Source: Candidatus Omnitrophota bacterium (lineage in GTDB: Bacteria; Omnitrophota; Omnitrophia; Omnitrophales; Aquincolibacteriaceae). From it: 64,000 nucleotides of DNA. The translations under genes were made by a program, and so were the position numbers. The notes under the pieces are model-generated. The model worked only from the letters and a program-made list of their open reading frames with translations, searched no databases and was not told the origin of the DNA. Positions 10,578 to 20,441 of this stretch are shown here, piece after piece. Positions within the stretch are counted from its first letter, which is position 1. Every line of letters starts with the position of its first letter. The stretch spans positions 20,257 to 84,256 of the forward strand of contig JAKJDL010000003.1 in assembly GCA_022705945.1 (NCBI GenBank), in the 5' to 3' direction.

Positions 10578-10749
10578 CTTCGGATCTGCTTTGCGAAAGC
10601 GGTTATCCCCCGCATTCAAGCACATCCTTCGGATCTGCTTTGCGAAAGCGGTTATCCCTCGCATTCAAGCACATCCTTCGGATCTGCTTTGCGAAAGCGG
10701 TTATCCCTCGCATTCAAGCACATCCTTCGGATCTGCTTTGCGAAAGCGG
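10578..10749. repeat. Intergenic direct tandem repeat, 49-bp unit x about 3.5 copies, each unit containing a short hairpin (CTGCTTTGCGAAAGCGG)
   Basis: Units start at 10578, 10627, 10676 and 10725 (partial): CTTCGGATCTGCTTTGCGAAAGCGGTTATCCC[C/T]CGCATTCAAGCACATC. Copies 2 and 3 are identical; copy 1 differs by one base. The period is not a multiple of 3 and it lies between csp and rsmE. Confidence 0.9.
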
Positions 10750-10837
10750 GATAAAAAAACAAGGGAAGCTCAGGCCAAAACCCGAGCTTCCCCATGCGTT
10801 AAAAAAAATAATTCCGGAACAAAAAAATAGAGCGGAG

Positions 10838-11110
10838 CTACTTTCCGTCTTTTTTCTTTTCTTCAGCCTTGGCTTCTCCAGAGGCCGACTCTTCTTTAGG
10901 TTTTTTGGTCCGGACAACGTTTTGGGCCTGAGGGCCTTTCTCACCCTGGACAATTTCGAACTCCACCTCTTCGTCAGGATTCAGCCGTTTGTAGCCTTCT
11001 CCCTGAATGGCTGAGTAGTGGATAAAAATATCCCGCTCTTCGCCCTCCTTACGGAGAAAACCATAGCCCTTCACATTTGAGAACCATTTCACCTTGCCTT
11101 TTTCAGCCAT
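10838..11110 (-). CDS. Cold-shock protein (CspA family) with a C-terminal Lys/Glu-rich tail
   Basis: [62 protein letters not shown] (RNP1/RNP2 motifs) followed by [24 protein letters not shown]. Confidence 0.9.
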   Translation of the reverse strand: MAEKGKVKWFSNVKGYGFLRKEGEERDIFIHYSAIQGEGYKRLNPDEEVEFEIVQGEKGPQAQNVVRTKKPKEESASGEAKAEEKKKDGK

Positions 11111-11179
11111 CCGAATCCTCCTTGTAGCGTTAAAAAATCAAAATACCCGCCCTAACGAAAGCGGCCCTTCGAGACTTCC

Positions 11180-11452
11180 TTACTTCACCTTCACTTTCAA
11201 GACAAGCCCGGGCTTGAAGACAACAACCTTTTTCTCGGGAACCGTGACCTCTTGGCCTGTGCGAGGGTTGCGCCCAAGCCGCCCGCGGCGTGTTTTCACT
11301 TTAAAAACGCCAAAATTCCTGAGCTCGACGGTTTCACCCGCCTGGAGGCTTTCGGAGATAACATCAAGGGTTTTTTGAACGATCTTTTTGACATCGATCT
11401 GGGTGAGATTGGTTTCGTTGGAGACTTTCATCACGATATCTTTTTTGGTCAA
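11180..11452 (-). CDS. HU/IHF-family nucleoid DNA-binding protein
   Basis: (M)TKKDIVMKVSNETNLTQIDVKKIVQKTLDVISESLQAGETVELRNFGVFKVKTRRGRLGRNPRTGQEVTVPEKKVVVFKPG. Start assigned to TTG at 11452, 7 nt after an AAGGAGGTG RBS; the track ORF from 11572 has a non-homologous N-terminal extension. Confidence 0.85.
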   Translation of the reverse strand: MTKKDIVMKVSNETNLTQIDVKKIVQKTLDVISESLQAGETVELRNFGVFKVKTRRGRLGRNPRTGQEVTVPEKKVVVFKPGLVLKVKVK

Positions 11453-11602
11453 GATTCTCACCTCCTTTTCAAAATAACGAGCTAAATATTCCCAACTGCT
11501 TATCCTGTTTGAAGATAGAGAAAGATAGCAAACCCGCAGGGGGCTGTCAAGGAATTTCAAGCTTAAATTCAATAAACACGGGGGGTTAAAGAAAATCTCC
11601 CT

Positions 11603-14600
11603 CTACGACCGGATCTTAACCGAATTTTCCCCAAGAAGTTGCTCCAGCTCTTCAAAAAGGGCGTCGGAAGTTTCCACCTTGAGATTATCGCCGGAATCCA
11701 GGATCGTCCGCCGGCCTTTGGGATCAGAGAGACTGATATAGACGGGAACGCTTCCCTTATGACGCAGCAGAATCTTCCGGATGTCCTTCAGGGTATCGGG
11801 AGAAAGACCGGCCGTTTTGAGATTGATCGCGACCATGCGCGTAAAACGTTTCGGGACTTCGTCCAAAGGAACGATCTCATCGGCCAGGATCTTGGGGTTA
11901 TCGTCACGGGCATCGACCTTCCCGCGGACAAAAACGAGCTGATCCTTTTGCATGAGGGAGACAACTTCCTTGTAAACGCTCGGGAAAACCACCACTTCAC
12001 ATGATCCGGAAAGATCCTGGAGAGTGAGAAAGGCCATTTTATCCCCTTTTTTTGTCAGGATCTCTTTTAACTGATCGATGATCCCTCCCATGGTCGCTTC
12101 CGCCTGATGGCTGAACTCGGGCAGCGTCGCGGACGTCGCGGACGCGTAGTTTTTCAGGATTTTCGTATGCTTGGAAAGAGGATGAGACGAAACGTAGAAA
12201 CCGATCAGCTCCCTTTCGTAAGCCAGGCACTGGTTCTCCGGCCACTCGGGAATATCCGGGATCGTCCCGCTTTCGTCATGAAATGCGTCCCTGGTTCCGT
12301 CCGACTCAAAAAAGGACATCTGCCCCCGGTTGCGGTCCTTTTGGAGGCTAGATCCCATCTCAAGCGCGCCGTCCAGGACAGCCATCAGTTGCGAGCGGTG
12401 CAGATTCCACTCGTCAAAGGCGCCGCACTTGATAAGGCTTTCGAGGACTTTACGGTTGCAGACGCGCAGATCGACCCGCTGGACAAATTCGAAAAAGTTT
12501 TTGAACGGGCCGTCTTTCGTGCGGCTGGCAATGATCGATTCGATCGCAACCCCCCCCACGTTTTTAATGGCGGCAAGTCCGAACCGTATATGCTTGCCCA
12601 CACAGGTGAATTCGTTATAGCTTTCATTCACCGCCGGCGGAAGCACCTCGATCCCCATCTTTTTGCAGGCCTCGATATACTGGACGATCTTGTCCGTATT
12701 GTTCATCTCGGAAGTCAGCAACGCGGTCATGAACTCGACAGGATAATGGGCTTTCAGGTAGGCCGTCTGATAGGAAACCGCGGCGTAGGCCGTCGAGTGG
12801 GATTTATTAAAACCATAGCCCGAGAAGTAGTCGATCTGTTCCCACACTTTTTCGGCGATCTTTTCCTTGACGCCCCGTTTCGTGGCCCCGTCAATGAACG
12901 ACTTTTTCTCTTTCGCCATAACCTCCGGAATCTTTTTTCCTATCGCGCGGCGAAGCGAATCGGCCTGCGCGAGCGTAAACCCGGCGAGGTCGCTCACGAT
13001 CCTCATCACCTGTTCCTGGTAAAGGATAACACCGTAGGTTTCCTTAAGGCTCGGCTCCAGCTCCGGGTGATCGTATTTGATCAGTCTGGGATCACGCATA
13101 CGCTTTACAAAATCGTCCACCATCCCGCTCCCGAGAGGTCCCGGCCGGTAAAGCGCGAGAAGAGCCACGAGATGGTCAAATTTTTCCGGTTTCATTTTTT
13201 TAAGAAGGTCCCGCATCCCCGAACTTTCAAGCTGGAAAACCCCGAACGCGTCCCCTTTTGAGAGCATTTCATAGGTTTCGGGGTCGTCCTCGGGAAGGGT
13301 ATGGATATCGAGCTGGATCCCGTGCATCTTTTTGACGATTTTCACGGCTTCATCGATGACGGTCAGCGTTTTGAGCCCCAGAAAATCCATCTTGAGAAGA
13401 CCGATCTTCTCAAGATCCTTCATCGTGAACTGCGTGCACACCTGATCCTCGGTCTTGAAAAGCGGAACCCGCTCCGTGAGCGGGACGTCCGAGATCACAA
13501 CGCCGGCGGCATGAATAGAGGCATGGCGCGAAAGCCCCTCCAAGGCCTTGGATGTTTCAATCAGCTGGGCGATCCTTGAATCCTTCGCGATCTGCTCCTT
13601 CAGGGCCGGTTCCTTCGCGATGGCCTGTTCAATCGTGATGTTTAGCTCGTTCGGTATCATTTTCGCGATCGCGTCCGCTTCCCCGTAGGAAAGTCCCATC
13701 ACGCGCCCCACGTCCCGGATCACCGCCTTCGCCTTCATGGTTCCGAACGTGATAATCTGGGCGACCTTGTCTCCTCCGTATTTGCGCTTCACGTAATCAA
13801 TAACCTCATCGCGGCGCTCGTAGCAGAAATCGATATCAATATCGGGCATGCTCACGCGCTCGGGATTCAGGAAGCGCTCGAAATAGAGGTGGTGCTTCAG
13901 CGGATCGATATCCGTGATATGGAGGGCGTAGGACACGAGACTTCCCGCCGCGGAACCGCGGCCCGGCCCCACGGGGATATTTTTTTCTTTCGCGAACCGG
14001 ATAAAATCCCACACGACAAGAAAGTAACTGACATATCCCATCTTGGAGATAAGGTCCGTTTCCATCTCAAGCCGTTTCTGATATTCCCCCGGGATATCCC
14101 CTCCCATGCGCGCCCTGAGCTTTTCCTGGCAGATCTCGCGCAAATACTGCTCCTGGGTCTTCCCTTCCGGCGGGCGGAACTGGGGCAGGTAGACCTTGTT
14201 GAAATCGAACTCAACATTGCACCGCTCCGCGATCCGGACCGTGTTCGTGATCGCCTCCGGAAGCTCCTTGAAAAGCTGTTTCATTTCTTCCGCGGATTTC
14301 AGGTAATACTGGTCCCCCTGATACCGGAGACGGTTCGGTTCATCCAGCTGGGAACCCGTCCCGATACAGATCAGGGCATCGTGCGCCATAGCCTCGTTCT
14401 GGTAAATGTAGTGCACGTCATTCGTGGCGGCGAGCCCGATCTCGAAATCTTTCGCGAGCCGGCGGGATTCCGCGATTACCCGCTTCTCGGGATCAAGTCC
14501 GTGGTCCATTACTTCCAGGAAAAAATTCTCGCGCCCGAAAATGGCGATGTATTCGTCGATCACCTTCTTCGCTTCATTGATCTGGTCGTGATAAAGGTAA

Positions 14601-15043
14601 TACGGGATCTCGCCCTTCAACCCGCCCGAGAGGCAGATCAGGTCTTTTCCCAATTCCTTCAGCACCTCTTTATCAACGCGGGGGCGGTAGTAGAACCCTT
14701 CGGTATAACCGATGCTGGCCAGACGGGTAAGATTCTTGTAGCCCTCTTCGTTTCTCGCGAGAAGGGTCAGATGGAAAGAGGCTTCTTTGATGCCGTGGGC
14801 CTGTTTTTCAAGTCTCGATCCGGGCGCCACATAGGTGCGCATGCCGATAATCGGCTTGATACCCGCTTTCATCGCCTGGGAGTAAAACTGGATCGCACCG
14901 AACAGGTTCCCGTTGTCGGTCATGGCAAGCGCCGGGAACCTGAGCTCCGCGGAACGTTTCATCAGGCCGGAGATCTTGCACGTCGCGTCAAGAAGACTGA
15001 ACTCGGTGTGACAATGAAGATGGACAAAATCGGTACGAGACAT
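11603..15043 (-). CDS. dnaE: DNA polymerase III alpha subunit DnaE
   Basis: 1146 aa. N-terminal PHP domain HLHCHTEFSLLDATCKISGL, polymerase core, and a C-terminal OB region. Confidence 0.95.
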   Translation of the reverse strand: MSRTDFVHLHCHTEFSLLDATCKISGLMKRSAELRFPALAMTDNGNLFGAIQFYSQAMKAGIKPIIGMRTYVAPGSRLEKQAHGIKEASFHLTLLARNEEGYKNLTRLASIGYTEGFYYRPRVDKEVLKELGKDLICLSGGLKGEIPYYLYHDQINEAKKVIDEYIAIFGRENFFLEVMDHGLDPEKRVIAESRRLAKDFEIGLAATNDVHYIYQNEAMAHDALICIGTGSQLDEPNRLRYQGDQYYLKSAEEMKQLFKELPEAITNTVRIAERCNVEFDFNKVYLPQFRPPEGKTQEQYLREICQEKLRARMGGDIPGEYQKRLEMETDLISKMGYVSYFLVVWDFIRFAKEKNIPVGPGRGSAAGSLVSYALHITDIDPLKHHLYFERFLNPERVSMPDIDIDFCYERRDEVIDYVKRKYGGDKVAQIITFGTMKAKAVIRDVGRVMGLSYGEADAIAKMIPNELNITIEQAIAKEPALKEQIAKDSRIAQLIETSKALEGLSRHASIHAAGVVISDVPLTERVPLFKTEDQVCTQFTMKDLEKIGLLKMDFLGLKTLTVIDEAVKIVKKMHGIQLDIHTLPEDDPETYEMLSKGDAFGVFQLESSGMRDLLKKMKPEKFDHLVALLALYRPGPLGSGMVDDFVKRMRDPRLIKYDHPELEPSLKETYGVILYQEQVMRIVSDLAGFTLAQADSLRRAIGKKIPEVMAKEKKSFIDGATKRGVKEKIAEKVWEQIDYFSGYGFNKSHSTAYAAVSYQTAYLKAHYPVEFMTALLTSEMNNTDKIVQYIEACKKMGIEVLPPAVNESYNEFTCVGKHIRFGLAAIKNVGGVAIESIIASRTKDGPFKNFFEFVQRVDLRVCNRKVLESLIKCGAFDEWNLHRSQLMAVLDGALEMGSSLQKDRNRGQMSFFESDGTRDAFHDESGTIPDIPEWPENQCLAYERELIGFYVSSHPLSKHTKILKNYASATSATLPEFSHQAEATMGGIIDQLKEILTKKGDKMAFLTLQDLSGSCEVVVFPSVYKEVVSLMQKDQLVFVRGKVDARDDNPKILADEIVPLDEVPKRFTRMVAINLKTAGLSPDTLKDIRKILLRHKGSVPVYISLSDPKGRRTILDSGDNLKVETSDALFEELEQLLGENSVKIRS

Positions 15044-15141
15044 ATCGTTCGGGACTCGCGCGTCGGGACTCGTTGAATACCTTTCGGCCGCAAAAATGAA
15101 ACGAGGGACGAGTCCCTAGTCCCCAGTCCCGCCTTTGCGTG

Positions 15142-16683
15142 CTATTCCCACTCGATCGTTGCCGGGGGTTTCGAGGAAATATCGTAAGTAACGCGGTTAA
15201 TGCCCCGGACCTCATTGATGATCCGGTTCGAGATGCGCCCCAGAAGATCGTAGGGCAATTTGGCCCAGTCCGCCGTCATCCCGTCAAGTGACGTCACGGC
15301 GCGGATCGCGACCGCGTTCTCATACGTCCGCTTATCCCCCATCACGCCGACGCTCTGGACCGGCAGAAGCACCGCGAAAGACTGCCAGACCTTGTCATAG
15401 TAGCCGCTTTTTTTGATCTCATCGACCACGATCCAGTCTGCCCGACGGAGAAGGTCGCAGCGATCCTTCCGGACTTCCCCGAGGATGCGAACCGCAAGAC
15501 CCGGCCCGGGAAAAGGCTGACGGCCGACAATGTCCTTGTCGATCCCGAGCGCGTAACCGACCGCACGGACCTCGTCCTTGAAAAGCTCCTTGAGCGGCTC
15601 GATCAGCTTGAATTTCATGTCCTTCGGAAGACCGCCGACGTTGTGGTGGCTCTTGATCGTACTCGTCGGTCCGCCAAAATAGGAGACGGACTCGATCACG
15701 TCGGGATAGAGCGTCCCCTGCGCGAGGAACGGCACCTTTCCCAGCTTGTTCGCTTCCTTCTGAAACACGTCAATAAAGGTCTTGCCGATGATCTTGCGCT
15801 TCTGTTCGGGATCGGTCACACCTTTGAGGCGGGTCAGGAAGATCTTCTCCGCATCAATCACTTTCAGATTCATCTTGAAATGCCCGCGGAACGTTTTATC
15901 GACCCGCTCGACTTCGTTCAGACGCAAAAGCCCGTGGTCCACAAAAATGCAGGTCAGCTGTTTCCCGATCGCTTTGTGGATGAGCCCCGCGACCACCGAC
16001 GAGTCGACCCCGCCCGAAAGTCCGAGCACTACGCGGTCCTTGCCGACCTGCTTCCGGATCTTCTTGACGGTTTCATTGATGAACGACCGCGGCGTCCAGC
16101 TCTTTTTACATCCGCAGACCCGGACAAGGAAATTTTCAAAAATCTTGGAACCGAACTCCGTGTGAGCGACCTCCGCGTGAAACTGGATCGCGTAGATCTT
16201 CTTCCTGGGATCGCCCATCGCCGCGAACGGGGCGTTCTCGGTGTAGGCTAGCCGCTCAAACCCGTGCGGGATCCTGTCCAGCTTGTCGCCGTGGCTCATC
16301 CAGCACGTGAGTGTCCGGGGAATACCCTTAAAAAGAGCGCTTTCGCGTTTCGAAACGTGAAGTTTGGCAAATCCGTATTCGCGTTTTCTGGATTTATGGA
16401 CACGGCCGCCAAGCTTGTGGGAAAGGATTTGCATCCCGTAGCAAATCCCGAGGATCGGGAGGCCGCAATAGAAGAAGCGTTTGTCCGGAACCGGCGCGTT
16501 TTTGGAGCGGACATCGGCTGGGGAACCGGAAAATATGATCCCCTTCGGGTTATCCTCCATGACCTTTTCAAAGGGCACATAGAATGGATAAACTTTGGAG
16601 AACACCTTGTTCTCGCGCACGCGGCGCGCGATCAGCTGAGTATATTGCGATCCAAAATCAAGAACAACTATCGTTTGATCCAT
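15142..16683 (-). CDS. guaA: GMP synthase (glutamine-hydrolysing) GuaA
   Basis: GATase domain (VLDFGSQYTQLIARRVRE, catalytic Cys in GICYGMQ) plus ATP-PPase SGGVDSSV and C-terminal dimerisation domain ending PPATIEWE. Confidence 0.95.
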   Translation of the reverse strand: MDQTIVVLDFGSQYTQLIARRVRENKVFSKVYPFYVPFEKVMEDNPKGIIFSGSPADVRSKNAPVPDKRFFYCGLPILGICYGMQILSHKLGGRVHKSRKREYGFAKLHVSKRESALFKGIPRTLTCWMSHGDKLDRIPHGFERLAYTENAPFAAMGDPRKKIYAIQFHAEVAHTEFGSKIFENFLVRVCGCKKSWTPRSFINETVKKIRKQVGKDRVVLGLSGGVDSSVVAGLIHKAIGKQLTCIFVDHGLLRLNEVERVDKTFRGHFKMNLKVIDAEKIFLTRLKGVTDPEQKRKIIGKTFIDVFQKEANKLGKVPFLAQGTLYPDVIESVSYFGGPTSTIKSHHNVGGLPKDMKFKLIEPLKELFKDEVRAVGYALGIDKDIVGRQPFPGPGLAVRILGEVRKDRCDLLRRADWIVVDEIKKSGYYDKVWQSFAVLLPVQSVGVMGDKRTYENAVAIRAVTSLDGMTADWAKLPYDLLGRISNRIINEVRGINRVTYDISSKPPATIEWE

Positions 16684-16763
16684 GTCAAGATCCTGTCGGA
16701 ACGCGTACCCGGGGACCTGCCCTTCGAAAAATTTTAACGGGTCCCGGGCTACGAGTTCCCTGT

Positions 16764-17924
16764 TTATTTACACATTCCGAGTTTCTGGGCGGATTGAAAA
16801 AGCTTTCCCTCGGTCTTGATCGCGGGAGCGATCACGATCTCGGTCAGCTGCATCTCGCGGATATTCTTCGCGCCGACGTTCCCCATCGAAGTCCGAAGCG
16901 CACCGACAAGATTCTGGGTCCCGTCGTCAAGACGCGCGGGGCCGTAGAGGATCTCTTCAAGGGAGCCGGTCGTCCCCACATGAATGCGGGTGCCGCGCGG
17001 CAGGTTTGCGTGCGGAGTCGCCATCCCCCAGTGGAAACCGCGTCCCGGAGCTTCTTTCGTCCTGGCAAATGCGGAACCGACCATCACGCCGTCCGCGCCG
17101 CTTGCAATCGACTTGCAAATATCACCGCCGGTCGACATACCGCCGTCCGCGATAATCGAAACGTATTTACCGGTCTTTTTGTAATAATATTCGCGGGCGG
17201 CCGTGCAATCAGCGATAGCGGTCACCTGGGGCACCCCGATCCCGAGGACCCCGCGCGTTGTGCACGCCGAACCGGGACCGATGCCCACGAGCAGAGCAGC
17301 CGCTCCGGTCTCCGCCAATTCAAGAGCCACTTTGTAGGTAACGCAATTCCCGAGAACAACCGGAATCTTCATTTTTTTGCAGAATTTTTTGAAATCAACA
17401 ACCTGGTAGGCCTTGGCGATATGACGGACCGTCGTCACGGTCGATTGAACCACAAACACATCCGCGCCCGCCTCTTCGGCAATCTTCCCGAACCGCTCGG
17501 CCCGCTGAGGGATCGCGGAAACCGCGCAAGGGACCTTCGCCTTTTTGATCTCCCGGATACGTTTGGCGATCAGCTTCTCGTTAATCGGCTTGACGTAGAG
17601 CTTCTGGACAAGCTGAGTCGCTTTTTCGGGAGAGGCTTTCGAGATCTCATCCAGAATGGTCTCGTAGTCATCATACCGGACATAAATCCCCTCAAGATTC
17701 AGCACAGCAAGGCCGCCAAGCTTCCCCATCGCGACCGCGAACTTCGGGTCCACTACCCCGTCCATGGCAGAGGCCAGGAACGGAATGGGAAGCGTCATTT
17801 TCCCGAGAGGCATACTGATATCCACTTCTTCGGGATTGATCGTTACATCCCCGGGGACAAGCGCGATCTCGTCAAATCCGTAGGATCTGCGGGCTTTGCG
17901 GTCTTTTCCGATAAAAACTGACAT
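16764..17924 (-). CDS. IMP dehydrogenase / GMP reductase family protein lacking the CBS subdomain
   Basis: 386 aa. Catalytic loop [20 protein letters not shown] and phosphate-binding [27 protein letters not shown]. No CBS insert; adjacent to guaA. Confidence 0.8.
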   Translation of the reverse strand: MSVFIGKDRKARRSYGFDEIALVPGDVTINPEEVDISMPLGKMTLPIPFLASAMDGVVDPKFAVAMGKLGGLAVLNLEGIYVRYDDYETILDEISKASPEKATQLVQKLYVKPINEKLIAKRIREIKKAKVPCAVSAIPQRAERFGKIAEEAGADVFVVQSTVTTVRHIAKAYQVVDFKKFCKKMKIPVVLGNCVTYKVALELAETGAAALLVGIGPGSACTTRGVLGIGVPQVTAIADCTAAREYYYKKTGKYVSIIADGGMSTGGDICKSIASGADGVMVGSAFARTKEAPGRGFHWGMATPHANLPRGTRIHVGTTGSLEEILYGPARLDDGTQNLVGALRTSMGNVGAKNIREMQLTEIVIAPAIKTEGKLFQSAQKLGMCK

Positions 17925-17952
17925 GTGATTTCTCCTTTTTAACAGTTAAAAG

Positions 17953-17991
17953 AAAAAGGACAGGCCGTTAATGAACGCCTGTCCCTTTTTG
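17953..17991. terminator. Bidirectional rho-independent terminator downstream of the pilin operon
   Basis: GGACAGGC-(11 nt loop)-GCCTGTCC flanked by an A-run upstream and CTTTTTG downstream. Read on the minus strand it gives the same stem followed by a U-run. Confidence 0.55.
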
Positions 17992-18198
17992 AAAAAAAGC
18001 ACAAAGCAACGCGCGTTTCGCGCGGCCTTGTGCCTTGAAATGTTGCTGAGCGGATACTATTGACTGTCCCATTTGCGGTATCATACTAAAGGCTTTTTTT
18101 CTTGTCAACGAGCTCCCGGCAGGATTTGGAAAATCCACGCACAACGACACAAGAACAGACCCAATTCTCAAAACTCGATACTGTCCCGCAACCAATAC

Positions 18199-18582
18199 TT
18201 AACTTGCGGGTTTGTATCTGGATGTCCCGTTAAACTCCCCTTCCTCGTCAATGATAATCGTATCCGTCGTTCCCTGCCGTGTCGCCGTCGCTGTAAAATC
18301 ATCCGGAGTTTCACTTTCGATGGCAAAATTATAGGGAGTTCCGGTAATATCAACCGCCAAATGCGTCTTGATCACCTTCGGATCGTTGCTGACAAGAAAA
18401 AAGTCGTTTTTGGAGTAATACATTTGCTGTCCCGCTTTGATCATGCGCAGATAAGCCGCCGCCTGGTTTGCCTTTGATTTTTCAACACCTTCAAGAAATT
18501 TCGGAACAGTAAGCGCAACAAGGACGCCGACAAGAACCACCACTATGAGAATCTCGACAAAAGTAAATCCCTTGTTTTTCAT
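18199..18582 (-). CDS. Type IV pilin / pseudopilin (prepilin-type N-terminal cleavage/methylation domain)
   Basis: MKNKGFTFVEILIVVVLVGVLVALTVP: class III signal peptide with the G/FTxxE motif. Confidence 0.85.
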   Translation of the reverse strand: MKNKGFTFVEILIVVVLVGVLVALTVPKFLEGVEKSKANQAAAYLRMIKAGQQMYYSKNDFFLVSNDPKVIKTHLAVDITGTPYNFAIESETPDDFTATATRQGTTDTIIIDEEGEFNGTSRYKPAS

Positions 18583-18630
18583 GGAAAAGCTCCTGTCGCT
18601 ATTTTGTTGATAACGCCGGAAGTGATTCGG

Positions 18631-19029
18631 TTAATTTTGGGGTGTATATTTAGATTTCCCACCAAAGGTTCCGTCCTGATCGAGTGTGATTGTATTGCCG
18701 GAGCCGTCATTGCGAGTCGCTGTTATAAGAAAACCATCTTCAGTAACTCTGACCGTAAAGTCATAATTCGAATCCGAAACCTCGACATCCAGATTGTCCC
18801 TCATCTCATCGAGATTCTCCCAATTGCTATAGGCCGCATTTTTTGAATAATACATTTTCTGCGCCGTCCGGATCATGCGAAGGTAATTGATCGCTTCATT
18901 GGCCCGGGCTTTTTCAATATGCTCTTGCAATTGCGGAACCGCAATCGATGCCAGGATGCCCGCGAGAATAACCGCGATAAGAATTTCAGTCAACGTAAAG
19001 CCTTTTTTCATAGCTCTGTGCCCCTTCAA
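18631..19029 (-). CDS. Type IV pilin / pseudopilin paralog (prepilin-type N-terminus)
   Basis: ...MKKGFTLTEILIAVILAGILASIAVP. It shares the YLRMI...QKMYYSKN core with the neighbouring pilin. The true start is probably the internal Met at 19011. Confidence 0.85.
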   Translation of the reverse strand: MKGHRAMKKGFTLTEILIAVILAGILASIAVPQLQEHIEKARANEAINYLRMIRTAQKMYYSKNAAYSNWENLDEMRDNLDVEVSDSNYDFTVRVTEDGFLITATRNDGSGNTITLDQDGTFGGKSKYTPQN

Positions 19030-19072
19030 TCTGTTTTATCTGTTTTCCCAACGAAAAAGCCGGCCCAAAACA

Positions 19073-19378
19073 TCAGAGATCCGGATAATCCACGCTAATA
19101 TCCAGCCGGTGTACACCCGGCCCGATATCGGTGGCTACAATTTCGATCGGCCATTCTTCGCCACGCAGTGTTTCGCTGGCACACCCGCTTGTGCGGCATC
19201 TCCATATGGCATGCTGCATTCCGGCCTGGGCCAAATATTGAGCCTTCAGCTCCTGGAGATTCTTTGTCTTCATATCCGCCTGGCTTCCCAGCGATTGGAG
19301 AATAGTCACGATCCCGACCGTAACAATAATCAAAACCGCCAAAACAGTGATTAATGCGAAGCCGTTTTTCCGTTTCAT
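19073..19378 (-). CDS. Minor pseudopilin with prepilin-type N-terminus
   Basis: MKRKNGFALITVLAVLIIVTVGIVTIL (GspK/PilX-like N-terminus). Confidence 0.7.
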   Translation of the reverse strand: MKRKNGFALITVLAVLIIVTVGIVTILQSLGSQADMKTKNLQELKAQYLAQAGMQHAIWRCRTSGCASETLRGEEWPIEIVATDIGPGVHRLDISVDYPDL

Positions 19379-19947
19379 TGTTGCGCACTCCGCGACCGCA
19401 TAATCGCGACCGTTGACAAGATTTCTTTTGGCCCTTCCGCGGGCTGAGCTTCAAGATCGACCTGTATCCTGTTCCCGTCCGCAGGATCCCGAGTGAAAGC
19501 AATCGAAACAATATCACCCGCTATAACAACGTCGGGCGACTCAGGGCCAGAACCCCTCTTGCGTTTGCGCTTCAGCTGCGTTCCGTCCTGCCAATAGGTA
19601 TAAACAGCATCGTCAGTATAATCCGCCGGTGTGGGATCCGCCGCCCCGGCATCCCGTCCAACATCCGATCGAATTTCAATCGACGACGAACCGGGGCTCG
19701 GGGCAGGGCTGAGCGTCGTTGCCGGAATCTTCACATCATTCGCCAGACTAATTCTCTTGATTATTTCTTCATAAGCTCCCAGAGCCGTAGCCATAAGCGA
19801 TTCTTCCGATCTGACCACGTTGAAAGAAAAATTGGCGAAATTAACCATCAGCGTGAATGCGCCCACCACAACAATTCCCAGGAGAACGCTGGCCGCCAAA
19901 AACTCCATCAAGCTCAAACCTCTCATGCCAAGCGTTAATCGTCCCAT
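19375..19947 (-). CDS. Minor pseudopilin (GspJ/PilW-like) with prepilin-type N-terminus
   Basis: MRGLSLMEFLAASVLLGIVVVGAFTLM; Pro/Ser/Ala-rich middle region. Confidence 0.65.
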   Translation of the reverse strand: MGRLTLGMRGLSLMEFLAASVLLGIVVVGAFTLMVNFANFSFNVVRSEESLMATALGAYEEIIKRISLANDVKIPATTLSPAPSPGSSSIEIRSDVGRDAGAADPTPADYTDDAVYTYWQDGTQLKRKRKRGSGPESPDVVIAGDIVSIAFTRDPADGNRIQVDLEAQPAEGPKEILSTVAIMRSRSAQQ

Positions 19948-20339
19948 GTCACCGTCACAGTCACTTTTTTATAGTCGGGAACTCCATCTCCATCCGCGTC
20001 AATGTCCCACACCCTGTAAGATCGCGCGCCGCCGTGCTTTGCCAAGTCACTATCGGCAGGGAGAGCGTTGATCGAGTAATGGTTATCATAAAGCGTTCCT
20101 CCCCCGTCGCTGTCTTCGAGGTGCTCACTGCGGTCGGGATCCGTACTAACGGCATTTCGTAGAGACTCAAGCGTTTCGCGAGCATAACCCGCAGCCTGAA
20201 GGTCAAGGCTCCCGCCACCGGGCGCGCGCATGAGCCTCCCCGCAACCATATTTCCGGTGGAGGCAATAACAAGGGCGGTAATGGACAGGATCACCAGTCC
20301 GACTACTATTTCGACAAGGGACATTGCTTTTGTATTCAT
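19935..20339 (-). CDS. Minor pseudopilin (GspI/PilV-like) with prepilin-type N-terminus
   Basis: MNTKAMSLVEIVVGLVILSITALVIAS. Confidence 0.7.
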   Translation of the reverse strand: MNTKAMSLVEIVVGLVILSITALVIASTGNMVAGRLMRAPGGGSLDLQAAGYARETLESLRNAVSTDPDRSEHLEDSDGGGTLYDNHYSINALPADSDLAKHGGARSYRVWDIDADGDGVPDYKKVTVTVTWDD

Positions 20340-20441
20340 GGGAGCGTTATTCTATAGTGCGGGAATAATACTTATCAACTACTATTCGGTTTTCAATTCT
20401 GATTCCCCATTTTGGGGTTTTATGTTACATTACGTCCGATT

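Noticed and set aside
10530-10760. Possible CRISPR array (repeated 30-50 bp units producing repeated peptide strings DLLCESGYP.HSSTSFGSALRKR in two plus-strand ORFs)
   Set aside because: The units are directly tandem 49-mers with no unique spacers between them and no cas genes nearby. It is a minisatellite-type tandem repeat. The plus-strand ORFs 10414..10830 and 10508..11014 are artefacts of the repeat.
2282-15076. Long plus-strand ORFs overlapping minus-strand genes (2282..3178, 4168..5289, 12107..13261, 13889..15076, and similarly 15643..16251, 16584..17921, 33780..34778, 40014..41858, 55581..56435)
   Set aside because: They lie antisense to confidently identified genes (pilB, rpoD, dnaE, guaA, IMPDH-family, rluD, ileS, giant ORF), have Arg/Pro/Gly-rich high-GC shadow composition, and carry no recognisable domains.
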